From a virus: a DNA stretch of 64,000 bases. Positions 63,818-64,000 of this stretch are shown here, one piece after another (position 1 is the first letter of the stretch; each line of letters starts with the position of its first letter). The DNA is taken from positions 32,001-96,000 of the IMG/VR virus record IMGVR_UViG_3300040856_003054; one strand, 5' to 3'. Made by a program: the position numbers and the translations under genes. The notes beneath the pieces were generated by a model. The model saw only the letters and a list, made by a program, of their open reading frames with translations, had not been told where the DNA came from and made no database searches.

Positions 63818-63874
63818 GTGACAATCAAATCTCTGGCACACTCGATGGTTTTCCTCCCCAAAATCCTGTATATT
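63818..63874 (+). promoter_or_regulatory. Palindrome-type early promoter
   Basis: GTGACAATC-AAAT-CTCTGGCAC, TATATT at 63869. Confidence 0.6.
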
Positions 63875-63898
63875 AAAAGAGTCAAAAACAACAACGAC

Positions 63899-64000
63899 AT
63901 GACCACTGCAACCGCTTCCCGCACTTTTGTTCATCAGTCTGTGAATAGCAGCGCAATCTCTCAACTCTCTGTGATCTCTGGTGAGATTGAAGGAACCTAT
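63899..64000 (+). CDS. Partial ORF (3'-truncated), possibly KTSC-like
   Basis: MTTATASRTFVHQSVNSSAISQL... Confidence 0.45.
   Translation, partial: MTTATASRTFVHQSVNSSAISQLSVISGEIEGTY

Noticed and set aside
17518-63874. Repeated palindromes as a CRISPR or TIGR-like array
   Set aside because: Copies are degenerate, dispersed hundreds to thousands of bp apart and tied to -10 boxes. There is no repeat-spacer periodicity and no cas genes.

Overview
Segment of a T4-like (Kyanoviridae-type) cyanomyovirus genome, almost entirely coded on the + strand. Bases 1-17.5 kb are a late structural block: tail fibre and Gly-rich adhesin-like proteins, likely tail chaperones and two 2OG-Fe(II) oxygenases, under T4-type late promoters (TATAAATA). 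Bases 17.5-64 kb are a hyperplastic early region of about 100 small ORFs, divided into about 25 modules. Each module opens with a 9-4-9 palindrome (ideal form AGGACACTT-N4-AAGTGTCCT) 29-31 nt upstream of a -10 box. Inserted in this region are eight free-standing GIY-YIG/HNH endonuclease genes (a ninth lies in the tail block), a GC-rich receptor-binding-like island, a nuclease/helicase/methyltransferase cluster and capsid-targeted internal proteins. The strongest signal is a cassette upstream of seven endonuclease genes, with a variant at an eighth: late promoter, a ~50-60 nt stem-loop RNA whose variable loop is antisense to that gene's own 5' leader (covarying, with G-U wobbles), a terminator, a second late promoter, then the endonuclease. 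This looks like a family of orthogonal sRNA/endonuclease regulatory pairs. All calls are by eye; no searches or folding programs were run.
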